Below, piece after piece: positions 7,568 to 17,284 of a stretch of 64,000 nucleotides of DNA. Every line of letters starts with the position of its first letter. The first letter of the stretch is position 1. Source of the DNA: Candidatus Nanohaloarchaea archaeon (GTDB lineage: Archaea; Nanohalarchaeota; Nanosalinia; Nanosalinales; Nanosalinaceae). The position numbers and the translations under genes were made by a program. The DNA is taken from the NCBI GenBank assembly GCA_042218075.1, contig JBDGRK010000022.1, positions 1 through 64,000 on the forward strand. The letters run 5' to 3'. The notes beneath the pieces were generated by a model that was given only the letters and a program-made list of their open reading frames with translations, had not been told where the DNA came from and searched no databases.

Positions 7568-10281
7568 CCTCCAAGCACCCCGTAGAGAGGATCTCCCTCT
7601 TCAGGTATGTAACTTGTGTAGATTACAAAGCCCACGACAATCAGGACGAATACCACAAGCACTATAGGCAGGAGCATCCCTCCTGAATTACTGTTAGTTG
7701 AAGTAGTTCCGGTTCTTGTGGAGCTAAAGTTGTCCTGCTGGCCTCCAACCGAGCCGGGTTGCTGGGAGCTGGCCTGGCTCTCCAGCGTCGCGATGTCTCC
7801 CTGTATCTCGCTGTAAAGCTCCTGCGCCTTCCCGTAGTTTCCTGCCTGGTAGGCGTTTTCCATCTCGTCAATCTTCGGCCCGAGCTGGTTCAGGGTTGAC
7901 TGGTATGCTGGATCGTTTATCCTGGTCTGCAGAGAGTTAACCGTCTGTCTCAGGGATCCCGCCTCTTCGGTAAGCACCGGGATTGTTTCAGCCTGGACAT
8001 CAACCGTCTGAGAGCTGTTTTCTCCCGATGAAGAGGCAGTAACCGTCATTGTTCCGCTGCCGGATACCTGGCTGAACTCCACTGAAAAGGTCTCAGTGCC
8101 TCCCGATGGTATGGATTTGCTTGTCGAAGCCACGTTAAAGTCGGAGCTGCTGAACTCAACCTCCTGAATCTCAGTGTTCCCGGTGTTTTCCAGCTCAATC
8201 TCCTCCATTTTAGTTTCACCTTCCGGCACCACCCCCAGGTCAACAGTCGAATTAATGTCGAAACTTAGGCTGGATGCCTCAAAGTTCGCATCAAGCTCTA
8301 ATGGAACGGAGATTCCAGCAAGATCCGCGCTTCCCGTGAAGTGACCCGGGGAAAATCCTGTGTAATTTACTGTAAAGGTCTCCTCCCTCTTAGAATCATT
8401 CATCTCGACCGAGGCCGGATCAAAAACGACGTAGCTCGATATATTGCCGGAAGCAGTCGGGTCAAAAGTTTCAGAATCACCATCGTTCCTGAAGTACCTG
8501 ATCGTCATGAACTTCTGCACTGAACCAGAGCTGGAGGTTGAAGCGTTGAGACCGTTGTCAACGCATACATCATCGCCCCTGTAATCGCACTCCGGCGCGT
8601 TGAGATCGATGTCCACTGTCTGGTTGTAGTCGGAGTCAGCGTCCATCAGCTTGACCTCCCCCGAATAATCCTCCACCTCAGGCACATCGAACTCTATTGA
8701 AACGTTTCCATCCTCGTTGCCTGAGAGATCTGCATCAGTCCCGTTGCTCACGCTTGTGAAGTTCTCTATATCACCTGAAACCTCGTGCTCTAGTGTAAGA
8801 GTGGAGGAGAGCAGATTTTCAACGCTCAGGTTGTAGGTCTGGTTGCCTACCCTCTCAATATCCGTGGAGAAGTCGTCAGCTTCAAAGGTCTGATCCACAT
8901 CAGTCAGGTTGAACTCGTAGCTGTCAACCTTGGTTTCATCGAACAGGTTGGTGGTGTTCACCTCCACGTTGTAAATTCCCGAATCAGCGCCCGATGATAT
9001 GTCGATCTCGTTCTCGTAGTAGCCGTTTGAAGTATCCCTGTTCATGTCAGAGAGGTTGAAACTTGTCAGCTTGTCTCCATCGTCCTCCTCGGTGATATTG
9101 ATGGTGGAGTTCAGCCTCTTGCTCTCCAGGAGATCCGGCGTGAAGTACTTCCTGAACTCTATTCTTACATCGTAGCTACCTGGACTGGTCTTTGAATTGC
9201 TGACATAACGAGTCTTGAAGCTCCTGTAGCTCACGTTGTATTTCTCAGTTGTTGTCAGTGATCCGTCCGTGGCGTTGAAAAAGATCTGGAACTTCTTGTC
9301 GTATTTCGAGGTATTTATGTCCGGTACGGTGACTGTACCGTTGTAGAGGCCATTCTGCTTGCTCATCTTGTCCGATACGTTGTCGACCCAGCTACCGCCG
9401 CTGGAGTTCCAGAGCCTGAGAGTCAGGTTGGCCGAACTCGCACTTCCGCCTGTGACGTTCAGGCTTGCATCTATAGTCGTTCCTCTCTGGCATTCCCTGA
9501 AGAAGGACTCATTGTTGCAGCCAGAGCTCGCGTTCAGGTTTGAAATCTTTGATCCCAGGGATTTCTTGGTCTCAACCACCTCTGAAAGTGAGCCGTAACT
9601 GTCGTTGTATCCCAGGTTGGTTGAATTGGTGGCGTTGAACTGGAAGACGTAGGAGCTGCCATATGCCAGGTCGAAAGTGACATCGTTGTTCTCGTACTTC
9701 TGGCCGCTCTTCAACGTATCTTTTACACTAGAAGTCCAGCTGCCATTAGTTACATAGAAATCGACCTCGGCCTGGTCCTCGAAAGTATCGTTCCATTCAT
9801 CTGTCACGTTGAGCTTTATATCAAAGCTCCTGTCGGGATTGACCTTCCCGCTGACCTCCGAAGTCCAGTTAACAGTCATGTTCCCAAAGTTCAACACCTG
9901 TGACTCCTGGTCGATAACTCCCCCGCTCGCGGAGCTATCAAATAGCTGGTACGTGACATTCGCACCCTCCGTTTCATTAACCACTATATCCGCGTAATAA
10001 TAGCTATCCGCAAGGTGAGACATTCTTTCCCTGCCAGTCGATCCATTATACTTGAAGTACATGTCAGTGTCGGCTTCATCATCCAGACGCGAACTGTTTA
10101 CAGGATCCCCATCCGTATCGCTAAGGTTTACAACTTTCACGGAGCTTGTGGCGTTCGAAACATTAAGCTGGTTAAAGGGTTCGTCCAGCGTCTTCACGTT
10201 CCACTCCGCGGACGAAAATCCTGTGAACAACACAGTTGAAAACAGAAAAAGAGCTAGAGCTTTTCTCCTTAAATCACGCAT
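7564..10281 (-). CDS. Large cell-surface glycoprotein (Ig-like domains, C-terminal TM anchor)
   Basis: Signal MRDLRRKALALFLF...FSSA, roughly 40 N-x-S/T sequons, S/T linker, C-terminal TM; ATG 10281 preferred over the track's TTG 10356. Confidence 0.85.
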   Translation of the reverse strand: MRDLRRKALALFLFSTVLFTGFSSAEWNVKTLDEPFNQLNVSNATSSVKVVNLSDTDGDPVNSSRLDDEADTDMYFKYNGSTGRERMSHLADSYYYADIVVNETEGANVTYQLFDSSASGGVIDQESQVLNFGNMTVNWTSEVSGKVNPDRSFDIKLNVTDEWNDTFEDQAEVDFYVTNGSWTSSVKDTLKSGQKYENNDVTFDLAYGSSYVFQFNATNSTNLGYNDSYGSLSEVVETKKSLGSKISNLNASSGCNNESFFRECQRGTTIDASLNVTGGSASSANLTLRLWNSSGGSWVDNVSDKMSKQNGLYNGTVTVPDINTSKYDKKFQIFFNATDGSLTTTEKYNVSYRSFKTRYVSNSKTSPGSYDVRIEFRKYFTPDLLESKRLNSTINITEEDDGDKLTSFNLSDMNRDTSNGYYENEIDISSGADSGIYNVEVNTTNLFDETKVDSYEFNLTDVDQTFEADDFSTDIERVGNQTYNLSVENLLSSTLTLEHEVSGDIENFTSVSNGTDADLSGNEDGNVSIEFDVPEVEDYSGEVKLMDADSDYNQTVDIDLNAPECDYRGDDVCVDNGLNASTSSSGSVQKFMTIRYFRNDGDSETFDPTASGNISSYVVFDPASVEMNDSKREETFTVNYTGFSPGHFTGSADLAGISVPLELDANFEASSLSFDINSTVDLGVVPEGETKMEEIELENTGNTEIQEVEFSSSDFNVASTSKSIPSGGTETFSVEFSQVSGSGTMTVTASSSGENSSQTVDVQAETIPVLTEEAGSLRQTVNSLQTRINDPAYQSTLNQLGPKIDEMENAYQAGNYGKAQELYSEIQGDIATLESQASSQQPGSVGGQQDNFSSTRTGTTSTNSNSGGMLLPIVLVVFVLIVVGFVIYTSYIPEEGDPLYGVLGG

Positions 10282-10312
10282 ACTAGCAAGTTTGAGAGGA
10301 GAGTTAAAAAAT

Positions 10313-10837
10313 CTACTTATATTCGGCCAGGTAGAGAGTCTCAAACCAGAGCTCAACTCTTTCTACAACATCAAGTTCAAACTTCTGCTTCAGTTGCGCC
10401 GTATCGGAGCGAGAGCTAACCAATATCATTGCCTTTCCACCATCCTTGAGATAAGAGTCAACCTCCTCCAGAAAACTCTCCGCCAACTCCACGCCTGTCT
10501 CACCTCCTCTCCACATTTCCCCGCCTTCCATTGAAACCTCTCCGGGAAGATATGGAGGGTTGAAAACGATCAGGTCGAATTCCGCATCCACGTGCTCGAA
10601 AAGATCGGACTTAAAGACATCAATTCCCAGGCCTCTCCTCTCCGACTTTCTACTTACCTCTTCAACCGCCTCCTGATTTATATCGACTGCAGTGACTTCA
10701 GCTGCCTTCTCCGCCATCTCCAGTGCCAGAATCCCGCTACCTGTACCCATATCCAGCACTTCTTTATCCTCCAATTCAAGATTTTCAAGATACTGCTTCA
10801 GGAAGTAAGAATCCTCCCTCGGAGGATATACGCTCAT
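10313..10837 (-). CDS. HemK2/Mtq2-family methyltransferase (release-factor Gln methylase-like)
   Basis: VYPPREDS, LDMGTGSG, FNPPY. Confidence 0.85.
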   Translation of the reverse strand: MSVYPPREDSYFLKQYLENLELEDKEVLDMGTGSGILALEMAEKAAEVTAVDINQEAVEEVSRKSERRGLGIDVFKSDLFEHVDAEFDLIVFNPPYLPGEVSMEGGEMWRGGETGVELAESFLEEVDSYLKDGGKAMILVSSRSDTAQLKQKFELDVVERVELWFETLYLAEYK

Positions 10838-12417
10838 CCGGAAATCTTCTTCACAAACTCGAGGTAGAGCGGATTTGGGTCAACGAACTCCGACCTGAAC
10901 TCGGGATGGGCCTGCGTACCCACAAAGAAAGGATGATCAGGAATTTCGAGGTATTCTGCCAGCTTGCCTGCCTTGGATGTACCGGAAATCCTGATACCGT
11001 TCTGTTCCAGCTGGTCATGATACGCGGGATTTATCTCGTAACGGTGCCTGTGCCTCTCTGAAACCTCCGAGCAACCGTATATCTCTTCTACATATCCCTC
11101 CACTTCTGCCGTGTAGCTCCCAAGCCTCATAGTTCCTCCCATCTGCTCTATATCCTTCTGCTCCGGCATCTCCGCCACAACCATATGCTCCTCGCCGTCC
11201 TCGAATTCTTCGGACGCCGCATCTAGACCAAGCACATTTCTTGAAAACTCGACTACCATAAGCTGCATGCCGTAGCAGAGACCTAGTATCGGTATACGGT
11301 TTTTTCTGCAGTACTCTACAACATCTATCTTCCCTTCAATACCTCTCGAACCAAACCCTCCGGGAATTATCACCCCGTCGTAATCCTCTGCTACAGAGGC
11401 ATCAATCTCCTCGGTACTCAGGTGATCTATTTCGATCGGACCACCAACTTCAGCACCAGCATGTTTCAGCGCCTCTTCAATCGAAACGTAGGAGTCATCC
11501 ATTGCAGTGTACTTGCCGCATATCGCTACTTTTGCGATCGACTCTCCCTCAAGGTTTTCCACCCGCTTCTTCCATTCCTCCAGTCCCTGACTCTGATCCG
11601 GTAGAGCCATTTTCTCAGAGATTATTTCCCCAACGTTCTGGTCTTCAAACAGCATGGGCAGCCTGTAGACATGCTCAATATTCGGATCTGAAATCACCGC
11701 ATTTCTATCAACGTCGCAGAAAAGTGAAATCTTCTCCGTCACGCTATCAGTAAGTGGATCATCAGCTCTTCCGACTATCATATCAGGAGCCAGCCCTGTT
11801 TCCCTCAAAGCCTTAACTGAGTGCTGTGTAGGCTTGGTTTTCTGCTCTCCGGTAGTTTCAAGGTAAGGAACAAGTGTGGTGTGGATCAGGAATGTGTCTT
11901 CCTCGGGAAGCTCCGATCTTATCTGCCTTGCCGCCTCCAGGTAAAACTGGTTTTCCATGTCCCCCACAGTACCCCCGATTTCCACCGCTATAATATCCGC
12001 ATCCTCATCTTCCGCGGCTTCCCTCCACTCTTTCTTTATCTCATCTGTAACGTGGGGAACCATCTGTACCGTTTTCCCCAGGTATTCTCCATCCCTCTCC
12101 TTATCTATCACGTTCTGGAAAATCTTACCAGAGGTCAGGTTCCAGTCACCCCTACCTTGAACGCCCAGGAAACGCTCGTAGTGTCCGAAATCCATGTCAA
12201 CTTCCGTTCCATCTTCAAGCACGAATACCTCCCCGTGTTCGTGAGGATTCATCGTGCCAGGGTCGACGTTGAGGTAGCCGTCACACTTCACCGGAACTAT
12301 CTTCTGATCTCTCATCTGGAGAAGCTTGGAGACCGATGCAGATACCAGCCCCTTACCAAGGCCGGAGAGAACACCCCCGGTAACAAACATCCATTTCAGC
12401 TGTTTATCTTCAGGCAC
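10834..12417 (-). CDS. pyrG: CTP synthase
   Basis: GGVLSGLGKG, NVDPGTM, GLCYGMQ, ERHRHRYE, QAHPEF. Confidence 0.97.
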   Translation of the reverse strand: MPEDKQLKWMFVTGGVLSGLGKGLVSASVSKLLQMRDQKIVPVKCDGYLNVDPGTMNPHEHGEVFVLEDGTEVDMDFGHYERFLGVQGRGDWNLTSGKIFQNVIDKERDGEYLGKTVQMVPHVTDEIKKEWREAAEDEDADIIAVEIGGTVGDMENQFYLEAARQIRSELPEEDTFLIHTTLVPYLETTGEQKTKPTQHSVKALRETGLAPDMIVGRADDPLTDSVTEKISLFCDVDRNAVISDPNIEHVYRLPMLFEDQNVGEIISEKMALPDQSQGLEEWKKRVENLEGESIAKVAICGKYTAMDDSYVSIEEALKHAGAEVGGPIEIDHLSTEEIDASVAEDYDGVIIPGGFGSRGIEGKIDVVEYCRKNRIPILGLCYGMQLMVVEFSRNVLGLDAASEEFEDGEEHMVVAEMPEQKDIEQMGGTMRLGSYTAEVEGYVEEIYGCSEVSERHRHRYEINPAYHDQLEQNGIRISGTSKAGKLAEYLEIPDHPFFVGTQAHPEFRSEFVDPNPLYLEFVKKISG

Positions 12418-12540
12418 TTCATAACTCCCCTTTCACCCGGTGAAAAACGGTTTTGACCTGTAAAACTCTCTCCCCCTCGAAATCTTGAAACGCTCCTCAT
12501 AACAAAAAAAGATCAACTGGTAATAAATATACTTCGATTC

Positions 12541-13320
12541 TCATCCAACAAACTCCGCAATATCCCTGAACTCTATCACTTCAAGTTCATTAACTCTTCT
12601 CTCTGAATGAGGAAGATCGTCTCTTACCTTTTTGGCCTCTTCCTTCCCCATTTCAAGGATATGTCTTGCATCCACGAAAGCATTCCTGACCTTCTTCCTT
12701 TGCTGCGTGAAAAGGGCCTTCACGATCCTGAAGAAGCGTTCCTCATCCTCCACTCCATGTCTATCTCTATTCGGGTAGAGTTTCAGGATCGCGGCATCGA
12801 CCTCTGGTTCCGGATAGAAAGACGATTTTGGGACTTTCTGCAGCTTCACAGGGATGAAGTAGTAGCTCATCCTGACGCTCATCTCTGAATACTTTCCCGA
12901 CCCAGGCTCTGCCACAATCTTATCCGCCAGTTCCTCCTGGACTATAAGCGAGCTCTGAATCTGGGCCTCTCCCAGCCTCTGGAGTATATCACCTGATAGC
13001 TGGAAGGGTATGTTGGAGATGCACCTCTCGTATCCCTTCATTTCCAGGTCAAGAAAGTCCTGTTTCAGTACTTCAGCCTCAGGAAATTCTTTCTCAAGAT
13101 GGTTTGCCATAGTGGTATCTTTCTCCACTACCGTCAGATCCGCTGTTTTTTCTAGTATCTCCAAGGTTATCGATCCAGTACCCCCGCCTATCTCCAGGAC
13201 GTGTTTTCCGTCGGCCTCTCCAGACTCCACCAGGGCCTGAATCACCGCCTCCGACTCCAGGAAATGCTGTCCTTCAGTCGGTTTTATCCCCAATTCATCG
13301 AGTTTTTGCCGAATTTTCAT
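12541..13320 (-). CDS. rsmA: 16S rRNA m6,6A dimethyltransferase (KsgA/Dim1)
   Basis: GQHFL, EIGGGTG, SNIPF, FYPEPEVD, RKKVRN. Confidence 0.92.
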   Translation of the reverse strand: MKIRQKLDELGIKPTEGQHFLESEAVIQALVESGEADGKHVLEIGGGTGSITLEILEKTADLTVVEKDTTMANHLEKEFPEAEVLKQDFLDLEMKGYERCISNIPFQLSGDILQRLGEAQIQSSLIVQEELADKIVAEPGSGKYSEMSVRMSYYFIPVKLQKVPKSSFYPEPEVDAAILKLYPNRDRHGVEDEERFFRIVKALFTQQRKKVRNAFVDARHILEMGKEEAKKVRDDLPHSERRVNELEVIEFRDIAEFVG

Positions 13321-13359
13321 ATTATCTTTTTGCCAGGTAAATGTTTTCAACCAGACCTG

Positions 13360-13387
13360 CCGTTACATTCTTAAGCGTTTGTAACGG
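13360..13387. promoter_or_regulatory. Inverted-repeat operator flanking the TATA box of the TA operon
   Basis: CCGTTACA-ttcttaagcgtt-TGTAACGG upstream of the RHH antitoxin. Confidence 0.7.
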
Positions 13388-13403
13388 TAACCTCGGTGTG
13401 GCT

Positions 13404-13697
13404 ATGGAAACTGTAACAGCCAGGATACCAGAGGAACAGAAAAAACTGCTGGATAAAATTGGGGACGAAGAAGGTCTAGCGCAGTCAGAGGTTTTGAGAA
13501 AGATAATAAGCAAAGGCACTGATGACTGGCGTCGGGAGAGAGCTATAAAGATGCTCGAAGATGGTTCTATAACTCTCAGGAAGGCGGCCGATTTCGCCGG
13601 AACATCCTACCTTGAAATGCTTGAACTGGCCTCGGATAAAGGTATTGAAACCGGTTACGACTTAGAAGAATTTGAGAAAGATATGGAATGGCTGTAG
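13404..13697 (+). CDS. RHH + UPF0175 family antitoxin
   Basis: METVTARIP...SEVLR (RHH); ITLRKAADFAG. Confidence 0.8.
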   Translation: METVTARIPEEQKKLLDKIGDEEGLAQSEVLRKIISKGTDDWRRERAIKMLEDGSITLRKAADFAGTSYLEMLELASDKGIETGYDLEEFEKDMEWL

Positions 13698-14176
13698 TAG
13701 ATTCCTCCGCAATAATACCTCTTGCCAGATCTGGAAACCTCTATCTCCTAGAGGAATTATTTGGAACCGTTTACACTGTTGAGAAAGTAAGAGATGAAAC
13801 AGTTCAGCAGGGAAAAAGAGGGTCTTCAACGATTAATGGAGCCTTCGGAGAATTGATAAGAGTGGAAGAACCGGATAGCGAAGAGGAGAAGATTCCGGAA
13901 CTTGAAAATGTAGGCAAGGTTGATGCAAGAATAATTCTGCTGGCTGAGGAGAGAGAAGAAATTCTGTTGGCGAATGACAGGGCTCTGATAAAAGTGGCGA
14001 GAGCTAGAGGTGTAGAATCAATCTGGCCGACCACTGTAGTTATGAAGTCAGTAAAGAGAGGGGTGATTCAATCCGAAGAGGGAAAGTCTGCTATCCGACA
14101 GATGGTATCGGAAGGAATGAACCTTTCAACAGTTATTTACGATCGAGTCATCAGGAAAATAGAAAGCTATGATTAG
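13688..14176 (+). CDS. PIN-domain toxin (DUF3368-like)
   Basis: VVDSSAII, VRDE, VDARII, LANDR; overlaps the antitoxin. Confidence 0.8.
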   Translation: MAVVDSSAIIPLARSGNLYLLEELFGTVYTVEKVRDETVQQGKRGSSTINGAFGELIRVEEPDSEEEKIPELENVGKVDARIILLAEEREEILLANDRALIKVARARGVESIWPTTVVMKSVKRGVIQSEEGKSAIRQMVSEGMNLSTVIYDRVIRKIESYD

Positions 14177-14706
14177 GTGAAAAGTCTTCGTTTGGTTTCT
14201 CCCCTTAACTCGTTCATGATTCTCTCTCGGATGAGTTTCTCCGGGTCCGGAAGACTTGAGACTCTTTCTTTGATGTCCCCGTAGCTCTCAAACTCGCCTT
14301 CGTCCCTTGCATCGAGCAATTTCTGCATGTGCTTGTTTCCCACCCCGGGAAGAAGTTCGAATGCGTGTCTCCTGGGTGTTACCGGCGTGGCCTCGTTGAA
14401 GAACTCCACGAACCTGTCCTCCCGCTCCTTCACAAGCGCGTCCAGCACGTATTTGAGTTCGCTCTGCGCCGAGCCTGTAAGCTGGTCGAATTCCAGTTTG
14501 GTCTTGATGTACTTTACCTTCTCCCTATCTCCCTCTCCTATATAGAGTTCTTCTCCTCCCTTGGGATGCTCGTTCTCCCGCATAACTACCTCTAGAAGGT
14601 TGAAGTTCTCCGTTCCTATTCCCTGCGCAACGGGTTCATCTTTCTCTTCGGCTCTCCCGTGCTCAAGGAAGTCAAGCACTTTGATGTTATCGTCTTTATC
14701 TGACAT
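14173..14706 (-). CDS. DUF655 putative RNA-binding protein
   Basis: VLDFLEHG, FFNEATP, HAFELLPGVG; conserved position after rpoF. Confidence 0.9.
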   Translation of the reverse strand: MSDKDDNIKVLDFLEHGRAEEKDEPVAQGIGTENFNLLEVVMRENEHPKGGEELYIGEGDREKVKYIKTKLEFDQLTGSAQSELKYVLDALVKEREDRFVEFFNEATPVTPRRHAFELLPGVGNKHMQKLLDARDEGEFESYGDIKERVSSLPDPEKLIRERIMNELRGETKRRLFT

Positions 14707-14761
14707 ATTATCGACCAGAGCTATGATTAATCAGCGTTTGCAGAAGTTAAAAGTCTGTCGA

Positions 14762-15091
14762 TCAGGTTTCAATCGATCTGCAGATTTCGAGTATTTCCTC
14801 GATCTCGGAGTCTTCCAGCTTGACTCTTTCCTTTGAGAAGACTGCCATCACCGTCGATTCATGCTCAGGTACTACTTCCAGAAGTTTGTAGATGTGCTTC
14901 TCTTTCAGTGAATCGATCTCTGAAAACTCTTCCCTTAATTCTTCAAGAGTGTCAACATCTTCGATCTTGGTGTGCCGGGTGAGGTTTTCAAGAGCAATCT
15001 TCTGCTCATGGCTTAGCTTTTCTTCATCCTTCTTTTCAAGTGCTTCCAGAGCTTCTACAGGGTAGACTTGCTCCTCATCTACTACTTCCAT
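14762..15091 (-). CDS. rpoF: RNA polymerase subunit F (Rpo4)
   Basis: LSHEQKIALE, KLLEVVP; rpl21e-rpoF-DUF655 synteny. Confidence 0.85.
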   Translation of the reverse strand: MEVVDEEQVYPVEALEALEKKDEEKLSHEQKIALENLTRHTKIEDVDTLEELREEFSEIDSLKEKHIYKLLEVVPEHESTVMAVFSKERVKLEDSEIEEILEICRSIET

Positions 15092-15381
15092 CACTGGTCC
15101 ACCTTCATGAGATGAATCGGCTTTATGTAAAGCGTTTTATCCTTCCCCTTGTCATTTAACTCAACCTCGTAGGCATCTCCTCTCTCGCCCACGACTTGAA
15201 CTGTCCTCCCATGGTATCTCATGTGGATTCTTCCCTCGGGAACAGAAGGATTGATCTTTATCTTAGCCTTTTCTCCTTCCTCGAATTGCTTGAAATGGTC
15301 GTTCACCGTTGGTTTTTCCCGAGAATCCTTTGATAGAGTCTTTCTGGCTCCCTGCTGTGCACCGCTTGACTTCTGCGCCAT
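15091..15381 (-). CDS. rpl21e: 50S ribosomal protein L21e
   Basis: INPSVPEGRIHMRYHGRT, KPIHL. Confidence 0.93.
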   Translation of the reverse strand: MAQKSSGAQQGARKTLSKDSREKPTVNDHFKQFEEGEKAKIKINPSVPEGRIHMRYHGRTVQVVGERGDAYEVELNDKGKDKTLYIKPIHLMKVDQ

Positions 15382-15456
15382 TTTATCCAAACACCTTATA
15401 ACCGGTTAAACGGTAGAAATCTTTTTAACTCCACAGAGACTTGCCGAGATTATTAG

Positions 15457-16002
15457 TTGTGTCTATATGTTAACAACAAATTCTACTTCAGACTCCATCC
15501 AACAGGAGTTGAAGGATTGGAGGTTAAAGAGAGTTCGTATAAATTAGGTTCTGAGGTGCCAGAAAATCCAGGAGAAGGAGTTTCAGATTATGAGAGATCA
15601 CACGATCTAAATAGTGTGCATCCGGTCTGGGAAGCGGATTCACAGGATAGAGAAAACCCGATCAGCTACCTGCTGGACAGGCAGGAGCCTGAAAAGCCAG
15701 TTATACTTGGAGAATACCTACTTGAAGGAGAACTGGGAAGATTTGATTCGAACGTGGTGGCAGGAATACAATTGCTGGCTGAATAAACTGTAGAAGAAGT
15801 GCAAAAATATGTGAGGGTTGAAACATTTAATACAAATCTACAGGATAACGACAATTTCGAAGAAGTAAGGGATTTTGAGGCGGTTATAGAAGATAATTTG
15901 GATGATACGGAATGCGATGTATGGAGAAACTCACAGACTGAGGGAGAATACATAGAGTTTTTCCCGAATCAAGAGAATACAGAAGCCGCAACAGGAGATT
16001 GA
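15457..16002 (+). pseudogene. AT-rich acidic ORFan split by one in-frame TAA
   Basis: ORFs 15457-15786 and 15799-16002 share a frame: ...LLAE*TVEEVQKY... Confidence 0.55.
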
Positions 16003-17232
16003 TTACTTCTCTATCTCAATAACATCCAGCTCTACGCATTCCGCCTCACATCCCAGGATTCCGGCGACGCTCGGCTGCGTCCTTCCTTCATCGCCGTGGA
16101 TAAGCTCCTTTATGTAGGTCCCAGCCTCCGCTTTCACTTCAAGCTCGATTATATCGCTATCCAGCTTTTCAGCCTCTACCGAATAAACTTGCCTCTCCCT
16201 TGTCTTGTCGGCTCTCCTGTGCTTTACCCTGTCTGGCGTGTCCTGCTCCACTTCTCCAACAATCTGATTCAGCTCCTCCAGTTCATCCTCATCCACATCT
16301 GCTGACAGCTCTATCTCCGCCCTATAAGTCTTGTCAGCGTGCTTCTGTTTGATCTCCTCCACCTCGTCCTTATCAGCGAACCTCAGGTTGAAGATCTCAA
16401 CTTTATCACCTTCGTTCACCTCTTCCTGAAGCGAATCAAGATCAAGCTCGCGGTTCAGCGGCTCCTTTAATTCGAGTATAAACTCCCTCTTGCCTAGACA
16501 TTTAGCATTCACATCCTCTCTGCCTCCGCCGTGGAACTTGGCCTCTATAGCCTTCGATTCACGCTTGAAAGGCTCCTGTATCTCCTCCTGTACAGAGGTC
16601 TGGTACTGCTTGCCTGTCCAGTCGCACTCGTCGCACCCGTCTCCTCTGCAGTTCCTGCAATGCCATTCCGTCTGCGGTATCTGCCTCGAATACTTGTTGT
16701 ACTGGCCGTAGATCAACAGGGAATTCACCTGTAGCTCAACTCTATCCTTGGACTCTTCCATCTCAATTACTGCGTTAATGTCCGGCCTCTTGAAGTCAAC
16801 CTCCAGATCAAGCTCTTGCTCTATCCTCTTTCCAATCAGCCGGGAAAGCTCAGTCTTTACCGGCTCAACCCATTCAAGACCGTAATCCTCCCAGAGTTCT
16901 TCCTCTGCTTCAATCACACTGTTTGGCGGCCTTATTCCAATCAGGAAAGTATCAAGCTCATAGCGCTCGAAAGAATTATCCACTAGCTCAATCCAGTGAT
17001 CCATCTTGTCAAAAACGTTCTGGCATACCCAGCAGCTTCCTCCAGGTTCAGCATCTTCCGGAATGTTCTCTCTTACAAAAGAATCCTCCTCGAGTTCATC
17101 AATTTCCCTGCAGATAGCGCCTCTCTCGTAATTTTCGAGCCCATGACCCAGCTTGGCGAACTGCCTCCCGAGGCAGTGTTCACACAGATTCTCTTCCAGC
17201 AGCGCGTCTCTTTTCTCCTCTACGGAAAGCAT
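16003..17232 (-). CDS. pus10: tRNA pseudouridine(54/55) synthase Pus10
   Basis: CEHCLGRQF, HGGGREDV, AGTYIKELIHGD. Confidence 0.93.
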   Translation of the reverse strand: MLSVEEKRDALLEENLCEHCLGRQFAKLGHGLENYERGAICREIDELEEDSFVRENIPEDAEPGGSCWVCQNVFDKMDHWIELVDNSFERYELDTFLIGIRPPNSVIEAEEELWEDYGLEWVEPVKTELSRLIGKRIEQELDLEVDFKRPDINAVIEMEESKDRVELQVNSLLIYGQYNKYSRQIPQTEWHCRNCRGDGCDECDWTGKQYQTSVQEEIQEPFKRESKAIEAKFHGGGREDVNAKCLGKREFILELKEPLNRELDLDSLQEEVNEGDKVEIFNLRFADKDEVEEIKQKHADKTYRAEIELSADVDEDELEELNQIVGEVEQDTPDRVKHRRADKTRERQVYSVEAEKLDSDIIELEVKAEAGTYIKELIHGDEGRTQPSVAGILGCEAECVELDVIEIEK

Positions 17233-17284
17233 ATCAGAATGATCGGATGGAAGCTTTAAAGAGATGATCTGGGAAGAGGAATTT

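Noticed and set aside
13333-13348. Possible scar of the DUF655 3' end beside the UPF0175/PIN cassette (aggtaaatgttttc vs aggtgaaaagtcttc)
   Set aside because: Too short and gapped to separate from chance, although it would fit the flanking-duplication pattern
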